Shown here: piece after piece, positions 1 through 13,314 of the stretch
Layout of the letters: each line of letters starts with the position of its first letter
Numbering within the stretch: the first letter of the stretch is position 1
NCBI RefSeq assembly: GCF_963921235.1
Contig: NC_086119.1
Span: forward strand, 44,144,001-44,208,000
Origin: Mobula hypostoma
Lineage: Eukaryota
Direction: 5' to 3'
DNA length: 64,000 nt
The notes under the pieces: model-generated
Told to the model about the DNA's origin: nothing
The model's input: only the letters and a program-made list of their open reading frames with translations
Database searches by the model: none
Position numbers and translations under genes: made by a program

Positions 1-39
1 GAGGCCCTTCTTACACCATACCCAACCAATGTCAGAGTC

Positions 40-950
40 CAAGTCAGTCAAGTTTATTGCCAAATGTACAGAAATATGTTTGCACAAGTGCAATGAAAAA
101 CTTGCTTGCAGCAGCATCATATAAATAGCATTCATAAGAAAGAATGTAAATTATACACAATCTTTACAAAAAAAACACATTATTAGAAAAAAATGAAGCC
201 CATTTTCATCGCAGAGAACAAAGTGGCCCTAGTGTTGCTGTACTGATGCAGTGGTTAAAGTTTTGCCGGTTGGTTCAAGAACAAAATGGCTGAAGGGAAG
301 CACCAGTTCTTGAACCTGACGTGTAGGACTTCAGGCCTGATGGTAGCTGCAAGAAGATGACATGGTCGAGGTGGAGGGGATCTTTGATGACGGATGTTGG
401 TTTCTTGAGTCAGATACCACCAGTGGTGGGCAGAGACGTGCCTAGGACATATTGGGTTAAGCCCATGACTCTCTGTGGTTTCTTGTGTAATTACACATTG
501 ACATTTCTATACCAGACAATGAGGCAACCAGTCGGGATACTTTCAACAGTATACCTGTAGAAGTTTGTTCATATATTTGGTGACGTTCCAGACCTGCCTA
601 ATCTTCTAAGAAAGTAAAGACGTTAACGTGCTTTCCCAATGATTATATCCATGTGTGGGGCCTAAGGCAGGTCATCCGATATGCTAACACCCCAGGATTT
701 TACAGCTGCTGACTCTCTCCACCAACAGGGATTGGCTCATGCTTGCCCTCCTTCTCCCTCCTGAAGTCAACAATCGGTTCTTTCGTTTTACTGGCACCGA
801 GCGAGAGGTTGGTGTTGTGGCACCACTCACCCAGGTGCCCCCTGCTTGCTCTGGGGGGGCTGACTCATCTCCACCTGTGATTCATCCATCCACCGGGGTC
901 GATTTGGGAAATCTGAACGTGGCGGTGGAGCTGTGATTAGCCACACGGTC
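40..950 (-). mobile_element. Rex1/Babar-like LINE 3' fragment (decayed)
   Basis: Minus-strand relic of RLYFLRRL..NFYRYTVESI.TGC; (TTGAC)n tail after AATAAA. Confidence 0.65.
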
Positions 951-1754
951 AAGTGTGTATCGGGTCAGAATGCAGTCTAAAAAGCCTAGGTAGTCCACAT
1001 ATACCTCAGCTCTGATCACTATCAACAAAAAACCCAAGTTCAAACAGCATACCATCAACATCCTACCACATTAGCACTCCTTTATCTATATTGTATAATA
1101 TCTGCAAATCTTACATTTAAAATGGAAAACAAAACTATACTATTACACCAATTAAAATTACATTATTATTTAGGGTATCAGAAAAGGTCCTTACCACAAA
1201 TCACAACAGGCCAGAGTCCAATTATCCAAACTATTAACACAACATCCAGTCCAGACTGCCTAGCCCATTGAATAGCCATGATCAACTGTACAGCAACTGG
1301 CAAAAATAAATTCCACTTTACAGAAGGTGATGCACTGTATCGCTACTTTTGGTTAATTGTTCTAGTCGAATCAGGTTAGAGATGTATTTTCTGATCCTAA
1401 TGTTTGTTTTTCTGATAAAACATTAATCATTAATAACTGTGTTTATGCCACAGCAGAGCTATGGGAAGGAGTTGGGAGCAAATGTAGTTAAACTTTGTCT
1501 CTACATTAAATATAAATACTTCAACAAACCATTTGATTATTTCTGAGTCTATAACTTCCCAAACTGGACAAGGCAATCTCACCATGGTTCTGGGCCAGCA
1601 GATGTTCTGATGATTGAATGTTGTCACATTAAAACATTAATGCATTTTTAATTCACTTTTCTGATGTTACTTTGTATTTTAATATGTGTATAGTGAATCC
1701 AACAGGTCTATAGGGAGTAAAGGAAATAGACTCTAATCAGTTTAAAGAAAACAT

Positions 1755-1910
1755 TGGAACCAGGATCTGGAGAATGGAATGGGGCATGGGAACCAGGATC
1801 CAGAACATGTAAGGGAGCACGGGAATCAGGATCTGGAAGATGGAAAGGAGATTGGGAACTGGGATGCAGAGAGTGGAAGTGACTATGGGAACCAGGATCC
1901 AGAATGTGAA
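1755..1910 (+). repeat. Diverged 33-bp tandem repeat, about 4.7 units (GNQD-type 11-aa repeat if translated)
   Basis: ggaaccaggatc recurs every 33 bp without indels. Confidence 0.8.
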
Positions 1911-2369
1911 ACATTAAACGCTGAGCTTGATGAGAAACCATTGAGATTAGAGAATCAATGCTCATGCCATCAGGCTGGAGAAATTCTGGGTATTTCTGCC
2001 CCCACATCTTCCTCACTTATTCCATTCCCCATTCTGGGTCCCTTCTTACCCCTTCTCTTCTCCTTACCTGCCCATCTCCTCCCTCTGGTGCCCCTCCTTC
2101 TTCCCTTTCTCTCATGGTCAACTGTCCCCTCCTCTCAGATTCCTTCTTCTTCAGTCCTTAACCTCTTCCACCTGTCACCTCTCAGCCTCTCACTTCATCC
2201 CCCTCCACCACCGACCTACCTACTTTCCTCCTCATCTGGTTTCACCTATCACTCGCTAGTTTGTACTCCGTATCCTGGTCACAACTTCCCATTCGGGCTT
2301 CTTCCCCCCCACCCCCGCCACCCCATCCCCCTGGAAGCAACATCTCAAGTTTCACGCTGCTGACTCACA

Positions 2370-3630
2370 ACTGCGCTACCACATCCAGCTCTCTGATGAT
2401 ACAACAGCCTCATTGGCAGACAGGAGGCTGAGAGGCTTGTCAAATGGTGTGACAGCTATAACCTGAGCCTCAGTGTGGACAAGACTGATTGAAACATATA
2501 AGATTATTAAGGGATTGGACATGCTAGAGGCAGGAAATATGTTCCCGATGTTGAGGGAGTCCAGAACCAGAGGCCACAGTTTAAGAATAAGGGGTAGACC
2601 ATTTAGAACGGAGTTGAGGAAAAACTTTTTCACACAGAGGGTTGTGGTTCTGTGGAATGCTCTGCCTCAGAAGGCAGTGGAGGCCAATTCTCTGTATTCT
2701 TTCAAAAAAGAGTTAGATAGAGCTCTTAAAGATAGCAGAGTGAAGGGATATGGGGAGAAGGCAGGAACAGGGTACTGATTGTGGATGATCAGCCATGATC
2801 ACAGTGAATAGTGGTGCTGGCTCGAAGGGCTGAATGGCCTACTCCTGCACCTATTGTCTATTGTCTAAGACAAAAGAAATGTTGGTGGGCTTCAGGAACT
2901 CGTAGGTTGACCACTCTCCATTGCACATCAATGGCTCTGCTGTGGAGAGAGTGGCGAGCACAAGTTCCTTGGTATGCAACTAATGGACAATCTAACCTGG
3001 ACCCACAACATCTCCTTATTATTCAAGGAGGCACACCCGCATCTAGATTTTGTGAGGAGATTGAGGTGTGCAAGGCTCTCCGCCCGCATTCTAACAACTT
3101 TCTACAGGAGCACCGTTGAGAGTATCCTGTCTGGCTACATCACTGTGTGGTGCGGAAGATGCGAGGCATCGGACTGCAACACCCTACAGAGGATAGTAAA
3201 AACTGCTGGGAGGATCACTGGGGTCTCCATCCAACACCCCTCCCCCCTCCTTGACATTTACTGGGAGCGTTTTATAAGAAGGACACAAAGCATTGTTGAG
3301 GATCCCTACCACCCATCCCACAATCTCTTTGACCGACTACCGTCAGGGAGGCATTAGAGAAGCGTTGAGACTAGGACTGCCAGACTGAGTAACAGCTTCT
3401 TCCCTCAGGCCGTGAGACAAATGCATTCCCTGCCACCACCAAGATGTCATTACTAGGACAGTGAGCTGTTTACTGTACTGTTTACTGTACTGTTTACTGT
3501 TTATCTTGCTGTGTTTTACTACATGCATTTTGAATTGCATTTTATTATTTGTGGCAATATTTAGTTTTATGTGTTGTGTGTGATGTATGTATTATGGATA
3601 CGTTATGGTCCAGAGGAATGTTGTTTTGTT
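2370..3630 (+). mobile_element. Rex1-like LINE 3' fragment interrupted by a CR1 3' end (about 2480-2868)
   Basis: ORF 2974..3357 (LTTFYRSTVESILSG..VW); ORF 2473..2778 (LIETYKIIKG..TRGHSLRI..FFTQRVV.LWNALP); (CTATTGT)n tail. Confidence 0.85.
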
Positions 3631-6600
3631 TAGGTTAGATCATGAGGACACTCAGTCCTCGTTTATTGTCATTTAGTAATGCATGCATTGAGAAATGATA
3701 CAATGTTCCTCCAGTATGATATCACAGAAACACAAGACAGACCAAGACTAAAACTAACAAAAACCACATAATTATAACATATAGTTACAACAGTGCAAAG
3801 CAATAACGTAATTTGATAAAGAGCAGACCATGGGCACGGTAAAAAAAAAAGTCTCGAAGTCCTGATAGCCCCAACACCTCACACAGACGGTAGAAGGAAG
3901 AAAAACTCCCTGCCATGAACCTCCAGCGCCGCAAACTTGCCGATGCAGCACCCTGGAAGCACGACCACAGCCGACTCTTGAGTCCGTCCGAAAACTTCGA
4001 GCCTCTGACCAGCCCTCCGACACCAAGCACCGAGCAACATCTCTGTCGAGCGCTTCGACCCCGGCCCCAGCCACCAAGCAACAGGCAAAGCCGAGGATTT
4101 GGGGCCTTCCCCTCCGGAGATTCTGGATCGCACAGTAGCAGCGGCAGCGAAACAGGCATTTCAGAAGTTTCTCCAGGTGTTCCTCTGTGCTTCTCACGTC
4201 TGTCTCTACCGAATCAGGATTGTGCACGGCACCCTACTTGACAGATAACAGATATTCATTCTGGAGTGGCCGCTGTGCACTGCGTCGCGCCGCCATCTTC
4301 TCTTCTTAGTTGTATGTACAGTCAGCTGACAATAAACTTGAACTTCTTTTCCAATCCTGTTGAAGGGTCTCAACCTGAAATGCTGACTGCTTATTCCTCT
4401 CCATTGATGCTGCCTGACCTGTGGAGTTCCTCCAGCATTTCGTCTTTGTTGCTCTGGATTTCCAGCATCTGCAGAACCTCTTGCATGTTAATGTTTAAGA
4501 ATGCTGTGGACTTGATCTGACATATAAGGGATTGTATGATAGACTACCCATTCATCTGTGGGGTTTAGAAGAACAAATTTGTAAAGAGATTGCAGATAGT
4601 TGCAAGAAACATAAGGTTGTGATAGTGTTTGTCAAATGTGTTCAGGAAAGTTTCCTTAATCAATATATAGAGGTTCCAAATCGAGAGAGCGTGAAACAGG
4701 ATATTCTATCAAGGAACAAGACAGGGCAGATGTCAGGAGTGTGTGTAGGGAAACACATTGAATATAATAATCATAATGCCATTAGCTTAAAGATAATTAT
4801 GTAGGTCTGGTCCTTGGGTTGAGATTCTAAATTGGAGCAAGGCCAATTTTGATGGTATCAGAAAGGATCTTGCAAGTGTGGATTGGGAAAGGTTGTTTTC
4901 TGGAAAAGGTGTGCTTGGTAAATAGGAGGACTTCAAAATTAAAATTTTGAGAGTTCAGAGTTTGTGTGTTCCTGTCAGAATAAATGGCAAGGCTAACAGG
5001 TTTAGGGAACCTTAGTTTTCGAGAGATATTGAGGCCCTGGGTAAGGTGAAGGAGGAGCGTAGAAGATAAAAGCAGGAAGGAACAAATAAGATTGCTGAGA
5101 AGAAGCTTCTTCCGCTTAAGAAGGAAATCAGGAGGATTAAAAGAAGGCATAAGATTGCTCTAGCGGACATGGGGAAGGAGAATCCCAAGGGCTTCTACAG
5201 TTGTTAATGGAAAAGGATTGCAAGGGACAAAACTGATCATCTGAAAGATGAGAGTGGTATTCTATGCATGGAGCCAAAAGAGATGGAGATTTTAAATAAA
5301 TTTTTCGTATTTGCAAGATAGACAGAAAATCTATAGAAAAGAGGCAAGGCAACTATGAAGTTATGGACCATAACCAGATTACAGAGAAGGAGGTGCTTGT
5401 CGTCTTGAGTCAAATTAGGGTAAATAAATCCCTTGGGCCTTTCAAGGTGTTGCCCTGGACTTTACAGGGACCCTAGCAGAGATATTTCAAACGTCGTTAA
5501 CCGCAGGTGAGGTGCTGGAGGATGGAAGGATACTTAATGTTGTTAAAAAAGGGCTCCAAGAATAAGCCATTGAGCCTTACAACTGCGGTTGGTAAGTTAA
5601 TGCAAGGTATTCTGAGGAAACGGATATATGATTTTTTAGATAGACAGGAACTGGTTAGGGATACTCAATACAGCTTTGTGTGTGGTAGGCTATGTCTACC
5701 AAACTTGTAGTTTTCCAAGGAAGTTACTAGGAAAGTTGATAAAGGCAAGGCAGTGGATATTGTCCACATGGATTTTATAGCAAGGGCTTTGACAAGGGAG
5801 GTTGGTCAAGAAGGTTCAATTGCTTGGCCTTCAAGATGAGGAAGTAAATTGGATTAGACATGGGCTTTGCAGGAGAAGCCAGAGTAGGTGGTTGCCTCTC
5901 TGGACGCCTGTGACTGCTAGTGTGCCACAGGGATCAGTGCTGTATCTGGTGTCGTTTGTCATCCATATCAAGAATCTGGATGATAATGTGGTACACTGGT
6001 TCAGCAAATTTGCAGATGACACCAAGATTGGGGTGTATTGGGCAGCAAGGAACAATCGGGGGTGGTGGCCTCGTTAAGGTGTCAGTAATCATCACATGGG
6101 TGGCAACCATCATCGGACTTAGGGACCATATGGAGGGGTGAAGTCTTGGGGTATTCAGTTGGTGTACAATACCAAGTCTTTCCATGTTGGTAAACTCATC
6201 CTTCACCATTGCCAGCTTTACTGGGTCCAGTCTACGTGTGTAGGTATGGATTGACAGGCCAGTTGTGGGAATGTGGCACTCGACTCCATGTTTTGTGACT
6301 GTGGTGGAGAACGTGGGCTTGGTAAGGTTTGGGCATTCGCTCAGCAGTCGATTAAACTCACATGGGGTGGTCAGTCATTGTGGGGAATTTACTGGGGAGC
6401 AGGGTAACAGTCCAAAGTCCTCGACATCGACAAGCCGGCAGTTCTCAGGAACAGCTAACAGTCCTTGGGCACACGGGAAATCTGCACTGAGCAGAGGTCC
6501 AGCCACTTTAGCCACAGGACTAAATACCATGTGTAACGTTGCCTGCTGAAGCAGAGAGTCACCTGTTGTGTCCCGTAAACCTGAGTTATGTTGCTGTCGG

Positions 6601-6820
6601 CACTCCACCTCCACCTGTCACTCTTTGCCTCCTTACCAACAGGTGATGCCAGCTGCACACTCACTTGAGAACCTGTGCCACATAAGAAGCGGTGCCCTGA
6701 AAGGGTGTCCATAATGAACAGTGGACATTCCTGGCAGCTGGAACCCACAGTGTTCACGGACCTCTGATGTCCTGATGCGATGGCACTGTCGAAACTGCAA
6801 GGTGGTCCGCACTTTCTGGC

Positions 6821-7514
6821 TGTAAGGGGTTTCTTCTTTTATGTCACTGCGAAGGCTAATTAAAATGGCTTCTTTGTTATGTTGTAATTAAAATGGCTTC
6901 TTTGTTATGTTAAATGCTGAGAAAGTTCTCTCGCTAGCAGCTTGTTTGGGTTATATTATTGATAATAGGTCGAACGAACCAATTGGGATAGATGTTATTC
7001 TTTCTAGTGTGTCTGTAAGTTATTGTGATGCGTGGGTTTTTGGGCAGAAGGCATGAGAGAGAGAGAGAGGATGGACAAGGTGCTGTGAGCCGGCTAACGG
7101 GGTCGGACCCCGAGGTCCAGGGCTTTCGGCGAGGAGAGGAGATGGAGGCAGACTTGTGTGGAGCATCTGGTCAACCACCGTGGTTGGTCCCAGGCGGCAG
7201 GTTGAGGTGGTCAGAGGGGATCAAATGGTGAAGAGAGGATCGTTACTAGAGCTCCAACTGTTTGTGCACGAAGAGATTGAACTTTAATAAGTGTGGTGCC
7301 TTTTATATTTTATCTCTATTAATAATATAGCTCCAGTAATATCTATAAACTGTAATTCATTTAATCGTATATGGTGTATTGTCTGTTATTTGGCGGGGTG
7401 GTATACATCACACAGCATCCACACAAACTTAACCACCTAGTTTGGCCGGACCAAGGGCTATTTCCGTGGACGACAGCGAGTTGAGCGACCCTGAGGCTTG
7501 CCAGGGGGGCTACA
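6821..7514 (+). mobile_element. Solo LTR inserted in Gypsy gag
   Basis: TGTA...TACA termini; flanks tggc/tagc (4-bp TSD with 1 mismatch); the gag frame rejoins across it. Confidence 0.8.
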
Positions 7515-7877
7515 TAGCGTTCCTACCAAGGCGAGCACGGTAAAAGCACAGGACTGCTGTCGCTTGTTTTGCAAGCGCAGGTATCCTTACGTTGGGGGCC
7601 GTGCTGACCGGGCTTATTGAGGTAGAGAAAGGAGGAATGATGCTCTGCTGCCTAGCTGAGCGTAGACTATCAGCCATTTTAGAAAGCTCCCTATAGTCCT
7701 TCACAGGTGCATTAGTGAGGGCTATGCGAACTTGATCGGGCATTTGCTGCATGAAGAGTTCTTTAAAAATTAAACAAGGATAGTGATTTCCCAGGAGAGA
7801 CAGCATGTAGTCCATTAGCTCCGATGGCTTAGCATTGCTGATGGGTAAGGAGAGCAACTGTTTGGCACACTCAGACA

Positions 7878-8837
7878 CTGATACGATCCGTTGCGCCAGT
7901 TGTGCATGCAGCCTGTTACAGCCCTTCCGACTAGTATTCTTACTTTTTTAACTTATGTTATTTGTTGTATTTTTTCTTATGGTAACATGTTGAAGCTGCA
8001 CCCTCTCTAACATGCTGGTAGAGAGAGTTTTATTTGGTTTTTTAGCGCTGGAAATAGTTACATTCCGACATGTCTCATTAGCGGGGCAGCAGTATGGTCG
8101 CATTGTTTATTCCAGGGACCAGCTGATTGAGCTTATGCTGGCTGGTTTAGCGAACAGAGCGGCGGACACCCCTGCTGAAATCTAGAGGAAAATACACAGA
8201 GGATGCAGAGGGGGATCACAAAGGTGAGGGAAGAGGACCAGGTCGAGACAACAGAGACTTATAGAGAAGAGTTCGGTGGGTAATAAAATGGTGGAGTTGA
8301 CAGCGCTAGCCAGGAGTCAAGAGAACATTTTGGGAGTGCAGTGTTATGTGCTTTACTGAAACAGGGCTGCACAAGGACATACCCGATCAAAACTTTTCCA
8401 TGGATGGCTCCAGACCTTTCGGGCTGACCGGAAGTGCACTGAGAGTGGTAAGCATAAAGGAGTTGGGGGCTTACTGTTCTGGTTAACAATGGATGGTGCA
8501 ATGCTGGTCATATTACAATCGAGGAACGTGTTTGTAGACTGGATATTGAACTTTTTGCTGTTGGACTCCGGCCATATTCCACTGAGATACAACACTGGGC
8601 GTCATGGGAGGTTGTTCCTGCCTGTGGCCATCGAACTTTGCAGCTCCTCCCGTGGAGGGTCAGACACCCTGAGCCAATAGGCTGGTCCTGGACTTATTTC
8701 CATCTGGCATAGTTTGCATATTGTTGTTTGATTGTTTGTGGTTTTTGTATTGCTATATTTATGCTCTATTCTTGGTTGGTGCGGCTGTAACAAAACCCAA
8801 TTTCCCTCAGGATCAATAAAGTATATCTATCTATCTA
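7878..8837 (+). mobile_element. Internally deleted Rex1/Babar-like LINE inserted in Gypsy gag
   Basis: AP-endonuclease relic (VMCFTET..RAD..GGL.VLVNN) joined to a 3' end (RYNT..H.R.FLPVAI.L), AATAAA and a (TATC)n tail. Confidence 0.75.
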
Positions 8838-10399
8838 CAGTCCAAAAATCTGTAAAAGGTGAGTTTTCAGCGATCTGCATTTACAGTGTTCAGGCAGGTA
8901 TTCAAGCAGACTCACCACTCTCGCTGTTGTGGAACTGTTGAGTGACACTACCATGTAGTGTAATTTGGTGTCTTTGGCAGTGATTTCTCGCAGAGCGAAC
9001 TGGGCCTTGGCTTGCACAAACCAAGTGACGGCATTTTGCTCCCAAATCTCTGGCAGTTTCAAAGTGACTGCATTGTCTGACATATTCAGTAACACTGGAA
9101 TCGTCCTAAAGCATCAGGGTCACCAATGTAGATTTTCACCAATAAAACAAATTGAGGCATTTTATGAAACCCATAACACATTTTATTGAACTCCAAAATG
9201 TTAACACAAAAGCACTGTAAAAATCCTTACGTAACGACGTCATCACATCAGACCAGCCCCTTAAAGCAAAACCCCAACTCAATGTTGGTGGGCGTGTGAA
9301 TTACGTACATTTCTTCCAATTACGTTACCTCACAGTGTCACAGATAGATAAGGTCCTTAAGAAAGCTTTTGGCACATTGGCCTTCATAAATCAGTGTACT
9401 GAGTGCAGCAGATGGGATGGTATGTCGAAGTTGTAAAAAGACATTGGTGAGGCCTAATTTATAGCATTGTGTGCAGTTTTGGTCACCTACCTACAGGAAA
9501 GATGTAAATAAGATAGAAAGAATGAAGAGAAATTTTACAAGGATGTTGCTGGTACTTGAGGGCTTGCATTATAGGGGAGGATTGAATAGATTAGGACATT
9601 ATTGCCTAGAGTGTAGGAGAACGAGAGGAGATTTGATAGAGGCACGCACAATTATAAAGGGTATAAATAAGGTAAATGCAAGCAGGCTTTTTCCATTGAG
9701 GTTGGGTGAGACTAGAACTAGAGGTCATGGGTTAAAGGTGAAAGGAGAACTATTTAAGGGGAACATGAGGGGGAATTTCTTCACTCAGAGGGTTTGTGAA
9801 TGTGTGGAATGAGCCGCCTGCAGAAGTGGCGGATGCTGGTTCGATTTCAACATTTAACAAAAATTGGGATAGATATATGAGTGGGAGGGGCGTGGAGGAC
9901 TATGGTCCAGTTTCAGGTCAATGAGACTAGACAGAATAGTTCAGCATGGACTAAATGGGACAAAGGGTCTGTTTCTGTGCTGGAATATTCTATAGGTTTA
10001 TGACGGTGGAAGCCATGTCGTTGGCTGTACTTAAGGCAGAGGCTGAAATGTTCTTGATTAGGAAGGAGGGTTAAAATCTATGGGGAGGTGGCAGAATAGG
10101 GTTGTGAAAGCAAATCTAATTGAATGGTGGAGCAGACTAGATGGACAAAATGACCTAGTTCTGCTTCTATGTTTTATAAATTCTTTAGTTTTAAGAATGA
10201 AATTGCACGTATCTTTGAATTTCTATATTTATTTTTTGACCACAGTCCTGTGCTATGGTCTCCATGACAGGCTGTCCAAGTTATTTTCTGGAATGCCTCA
10301 CTTCCTGAGCTCACAAACCCACTCCCTCACTTTGAGTCGCTCTCCTCCTCAGATCCTTCCCGCACAGCTGAAGCCCCCATCCCGCTGCATACTGCCCTC

Positions 10400-10650
10400 A
10401 CGACAGCGCAGACGGGAGAGGAAATGAATGGAGTAGTCCTTGTCAAGGCTTGCCCAAACAGCCACGTACTGGAGGACTCTCATCTTCGGAAGGTCCCACG
10501 AGACAGACATCAACTGCTGTTGGAAGATCACCAGCTCGGTGAAAACTACACTTCTGTTAAGATGCCAGCACATTCCAGTGTGCTGAGGGACACATTGAAG
10601 CATAGTGCAAACCCAAAAAGGCTTTTCAGGGGAAGGACCACAGCCTAGGG
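10400..10650 (+). mobile_element. Tx1/L1-clade LINE ORF2 C-terminal relic
   Basis: ETDINCCWKITSSVK and VLRDTLK...GRTTA* resemble the recalled C-terminus of shark Tx1-like ORF2. Confidence 0.55.
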
Positions 10651-11609
10651 TTCTGATGTCTCTGGCCGCTGAGAGGTAGGGTGCTGTGCAACAGCCTCTC
10701 AAATGCTTCACAGGTGCACGGACATAAATGTTGACATAAAAGGAACCCCGGGCCAGAAAACCATAAACCCAGTGTAAGGTGCCAAAATGCTCAAAGAGTG
10801 AGACAAAGAAGAAACAAGGTACAATATTTTGATCCCAGACAGAGTATAGAACACAGACAGATCCAGCCAGAGCAAAGGCAGGGCAGAGACAAAATGCAGC
10901 CAGAGCACAGTGCACACAGATTCTTCCAGACTATAGCGCAGTAGAGAGACAATATTGCAAGAGTACAGTGCAAAAGAGAGAACAAATTGTAGGGATTAAG
11001 GAGAGGAGAATAGGACCAGTGGGATTGCATTACTCGGCCTGAACAGTCTCATTCTGTATCAGAATGCATTTCTTTTAAAAATAGGGAATGGAGTGGTGTA
11101 AGTTAGCTACTAAGACTGGTTGTGAACGGCCCATAAATAACCCATCTTTTGAGTTTTATCTCAGGTATACCAGTTTGTTAACAAATGACAGAACAAGGCT
11201 TTTCCGATTAAAATTCTGATTCCATTCTTTCCTACAACCCCTGCAGTCAATGTATGTTAAGTGTTCAAAGGTTTGCACTAATGTATAATTTATATTTAAT
11301 TGATTTTTTCCCATGTGAACGCTGTTTTTCTGATGCTGCTACAGGTAAGCTTTTCATTGCAAATGTACATACATTTGTGCCCTCTGGGGGTTTTGCTATC
11401 TCCTGCATGGTGAGTGGTGGGGGGGACTTGATGCTTCCTGCTGGAACAATTGGGGGGCAAGGAGAGGGCGGAACGTTGATGCGTTGCTGCTTGTGCGTGT
11501 GGAGGGGGCTTCGGGGTTCTAACGTTTTTCTGTCATTCACTCTTTGGGTTTTCTGTTTTACGGATGTCTGTGAAGAGTAAGAATTTCAGGTTGTATACTG
11601 TATTGCTGT

Positions 11610-11810
11610 TTCTCTCTGCGCCTTCTGGCACGTCAGGTGGCAACCTTGTCACCTCTTTAGTATTTGTCTGTTTTTTTTAAACAAGGCTGAGTTGTTAGCT
11701 CAAGGCTCACGCCAGCACAGATGGAAAGCACACGAGGAGACGGTTGGATTCAAACCCGGAACTGCGCGTCTCGAAGTCTGGTGCAGATGCCACTACACCA
11801 CCGGCCGGCT
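11610..11810 (-). mobile_element. tRNA-derived SINE
   Basis: Minus-strand head GGTGGTGTAGTGG (A box) ... GGTTTGAATCC (B box). Confidence 0.6.
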
Positions 11811-13314
11811 TGGATACTGTACAGATTGGTATTAAGTGAAACCACTGATCATGAACTTCTGCATATGCCAATAAACTTGACTTTGATGTACAACAGCTCA
11901 TTAATACACACACTCATGAGTTGCCTGGACAAACATTGAAAACCAGCACAGCATCAAGGGCAGTGCAAAGGCAGAGGAATAAAGACTGACTGAAGTCTAG
12001 CATCTCCAGCTTCAAGGAGGTTGAGAGGAAGCATTATCTGCCTTTGCCAGCCCAAGTGCTCCACCTAGCTGCTTGAAGTAGAACTGAATCTGGAGTTGGA
12101 AGCCTTTCTCCTCGACCCATCGCCACGGTTTAGCACCTGCCTCATCTAGATGTTTGATCTTTCCTGCACTTCCTAAAGTTTAGAGTGGCTACAAAAGCTC
12201 CTGCTACTGTTGGTGGTATTATGTTGCAGATTTCAAGAATAATTATCAACGACAAAGTGCAAGAAATAGATAGGTCTCCTGTGCTCCCATCCTCTGTCCT
12301 GTCCTCATCATACCCAGTCAGTTTGAGGACAAAAATAATGCACACATAGGGAGTCTTTCCTGTTCCAGGGTTATTGGAAAACACCTGACAGTACATGAGC
12401 CACAGCCATTGCTAGAAGCTTCCAGACTGAGCTATAAATTTAAGCCCAGAAAACTCCTACACACAGCACTGTGACAAGGGCTAGTTGTTCTTCAGTGTTT
12501 TAGCTGCTTCATAATTATTTGTCAGGACACTGTGTCAAACTGAAATGGTGTCATGGTCTCTACTTAAAGCACAGATTTACAGGTCCTTGATTATGGGGAG
12601 AAAGCCAAACAGGGTTAAAAGGGAAAATAAATCAGTCATGATCCAGTTCAGGTGAAGACGATGGGCTGAAACAGCCTAATTCCTCTGCTATGGCTTATAG
12701 GATATGCTATTGCTATGGCTTATGGCATTCCATCCACCCAAAGCCAGATATGGAGGTCAGTATATAATATGAAATATGGCACTGTCTCTTTATCACACAA
12801 TGATAGTAGCTTTGGTTTTATGCTTCAGGTAGTCAGAGAGCGGCTTAACCTATAACCTAGTGGCTCAGTACTGGAAGCATCCACACCAAGTCACAGTTGT
12901 CACGCAAGAGATTTGCGGTCTGCACACACTACACTGTGAGTTCACAACACTGGTGAGTAAACACTGGCCAACCATTTACTAACGGAGTATAAGCTCACTG
13001 AGGCCGGGGGGGGGGGGGGGAGCAGGCGAGTCAAACGGTTAACATACCGGTGTATTTTAGCAAGGAACCGTATTTACAACGAGCTGGGTTGTGGACAGGT
13101 GTTGATGGTACTGAGTCACTCTACACGAACAGAAGCAGCATTCTGATATCTCAGTGACACTACCCCAGTGGCCAGGAGAGGCAATCAAGGAAGGCAATCA
13201 TGGCATCAGATTAAGGACAATCTATGCACAGAGAATCCCGTGCCAACAAGGGGGTAGTAAATGAGTGTCCAGGATTGAAAGGAAGGGCCAGAGAGCATCA
13301 ATCCAATTTTTATA

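Larger units (their letters stand above)
6050..9334 (-). mobile_element. Truncated Gypsy LTR retrotransposon: 5' LTR 9334-9127, PBS TGGTGACCC, gag, protease, RT start
   Basis: gag AVTLKLPEIWEQNAVTWF..AQF and a CFY...ARKC..PC knuckle; protease-like RFLCGTGSQVSV; RT VKDEFTNMERLGIV...LHMVPK. Confidence 0.85.
4520..9990 (+). mobile_element. Decayed CR1 LINE (4520-6047 and 9335-9990) hosting a Gypsy insertion
   Basis: VPQGSVL and SKFADDTKIG RT motifs; resumes with QFWSP.YRKD..RTRGHGLKV and a (ttcta) tail. Confidence 0.85.

Noticed and set aside
1755-1910. CRISPR-like periodic repeat
   Set aside because: Vertebrate context; the variable parts are homologous to each other rather than unique spacers
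10349-10915. 188-aa minus-strand ORF with hydrophobic start
   Set aside because: Antisense to a Tx1-like relic and low-complexity sequence; no recognisable domain or exon structure
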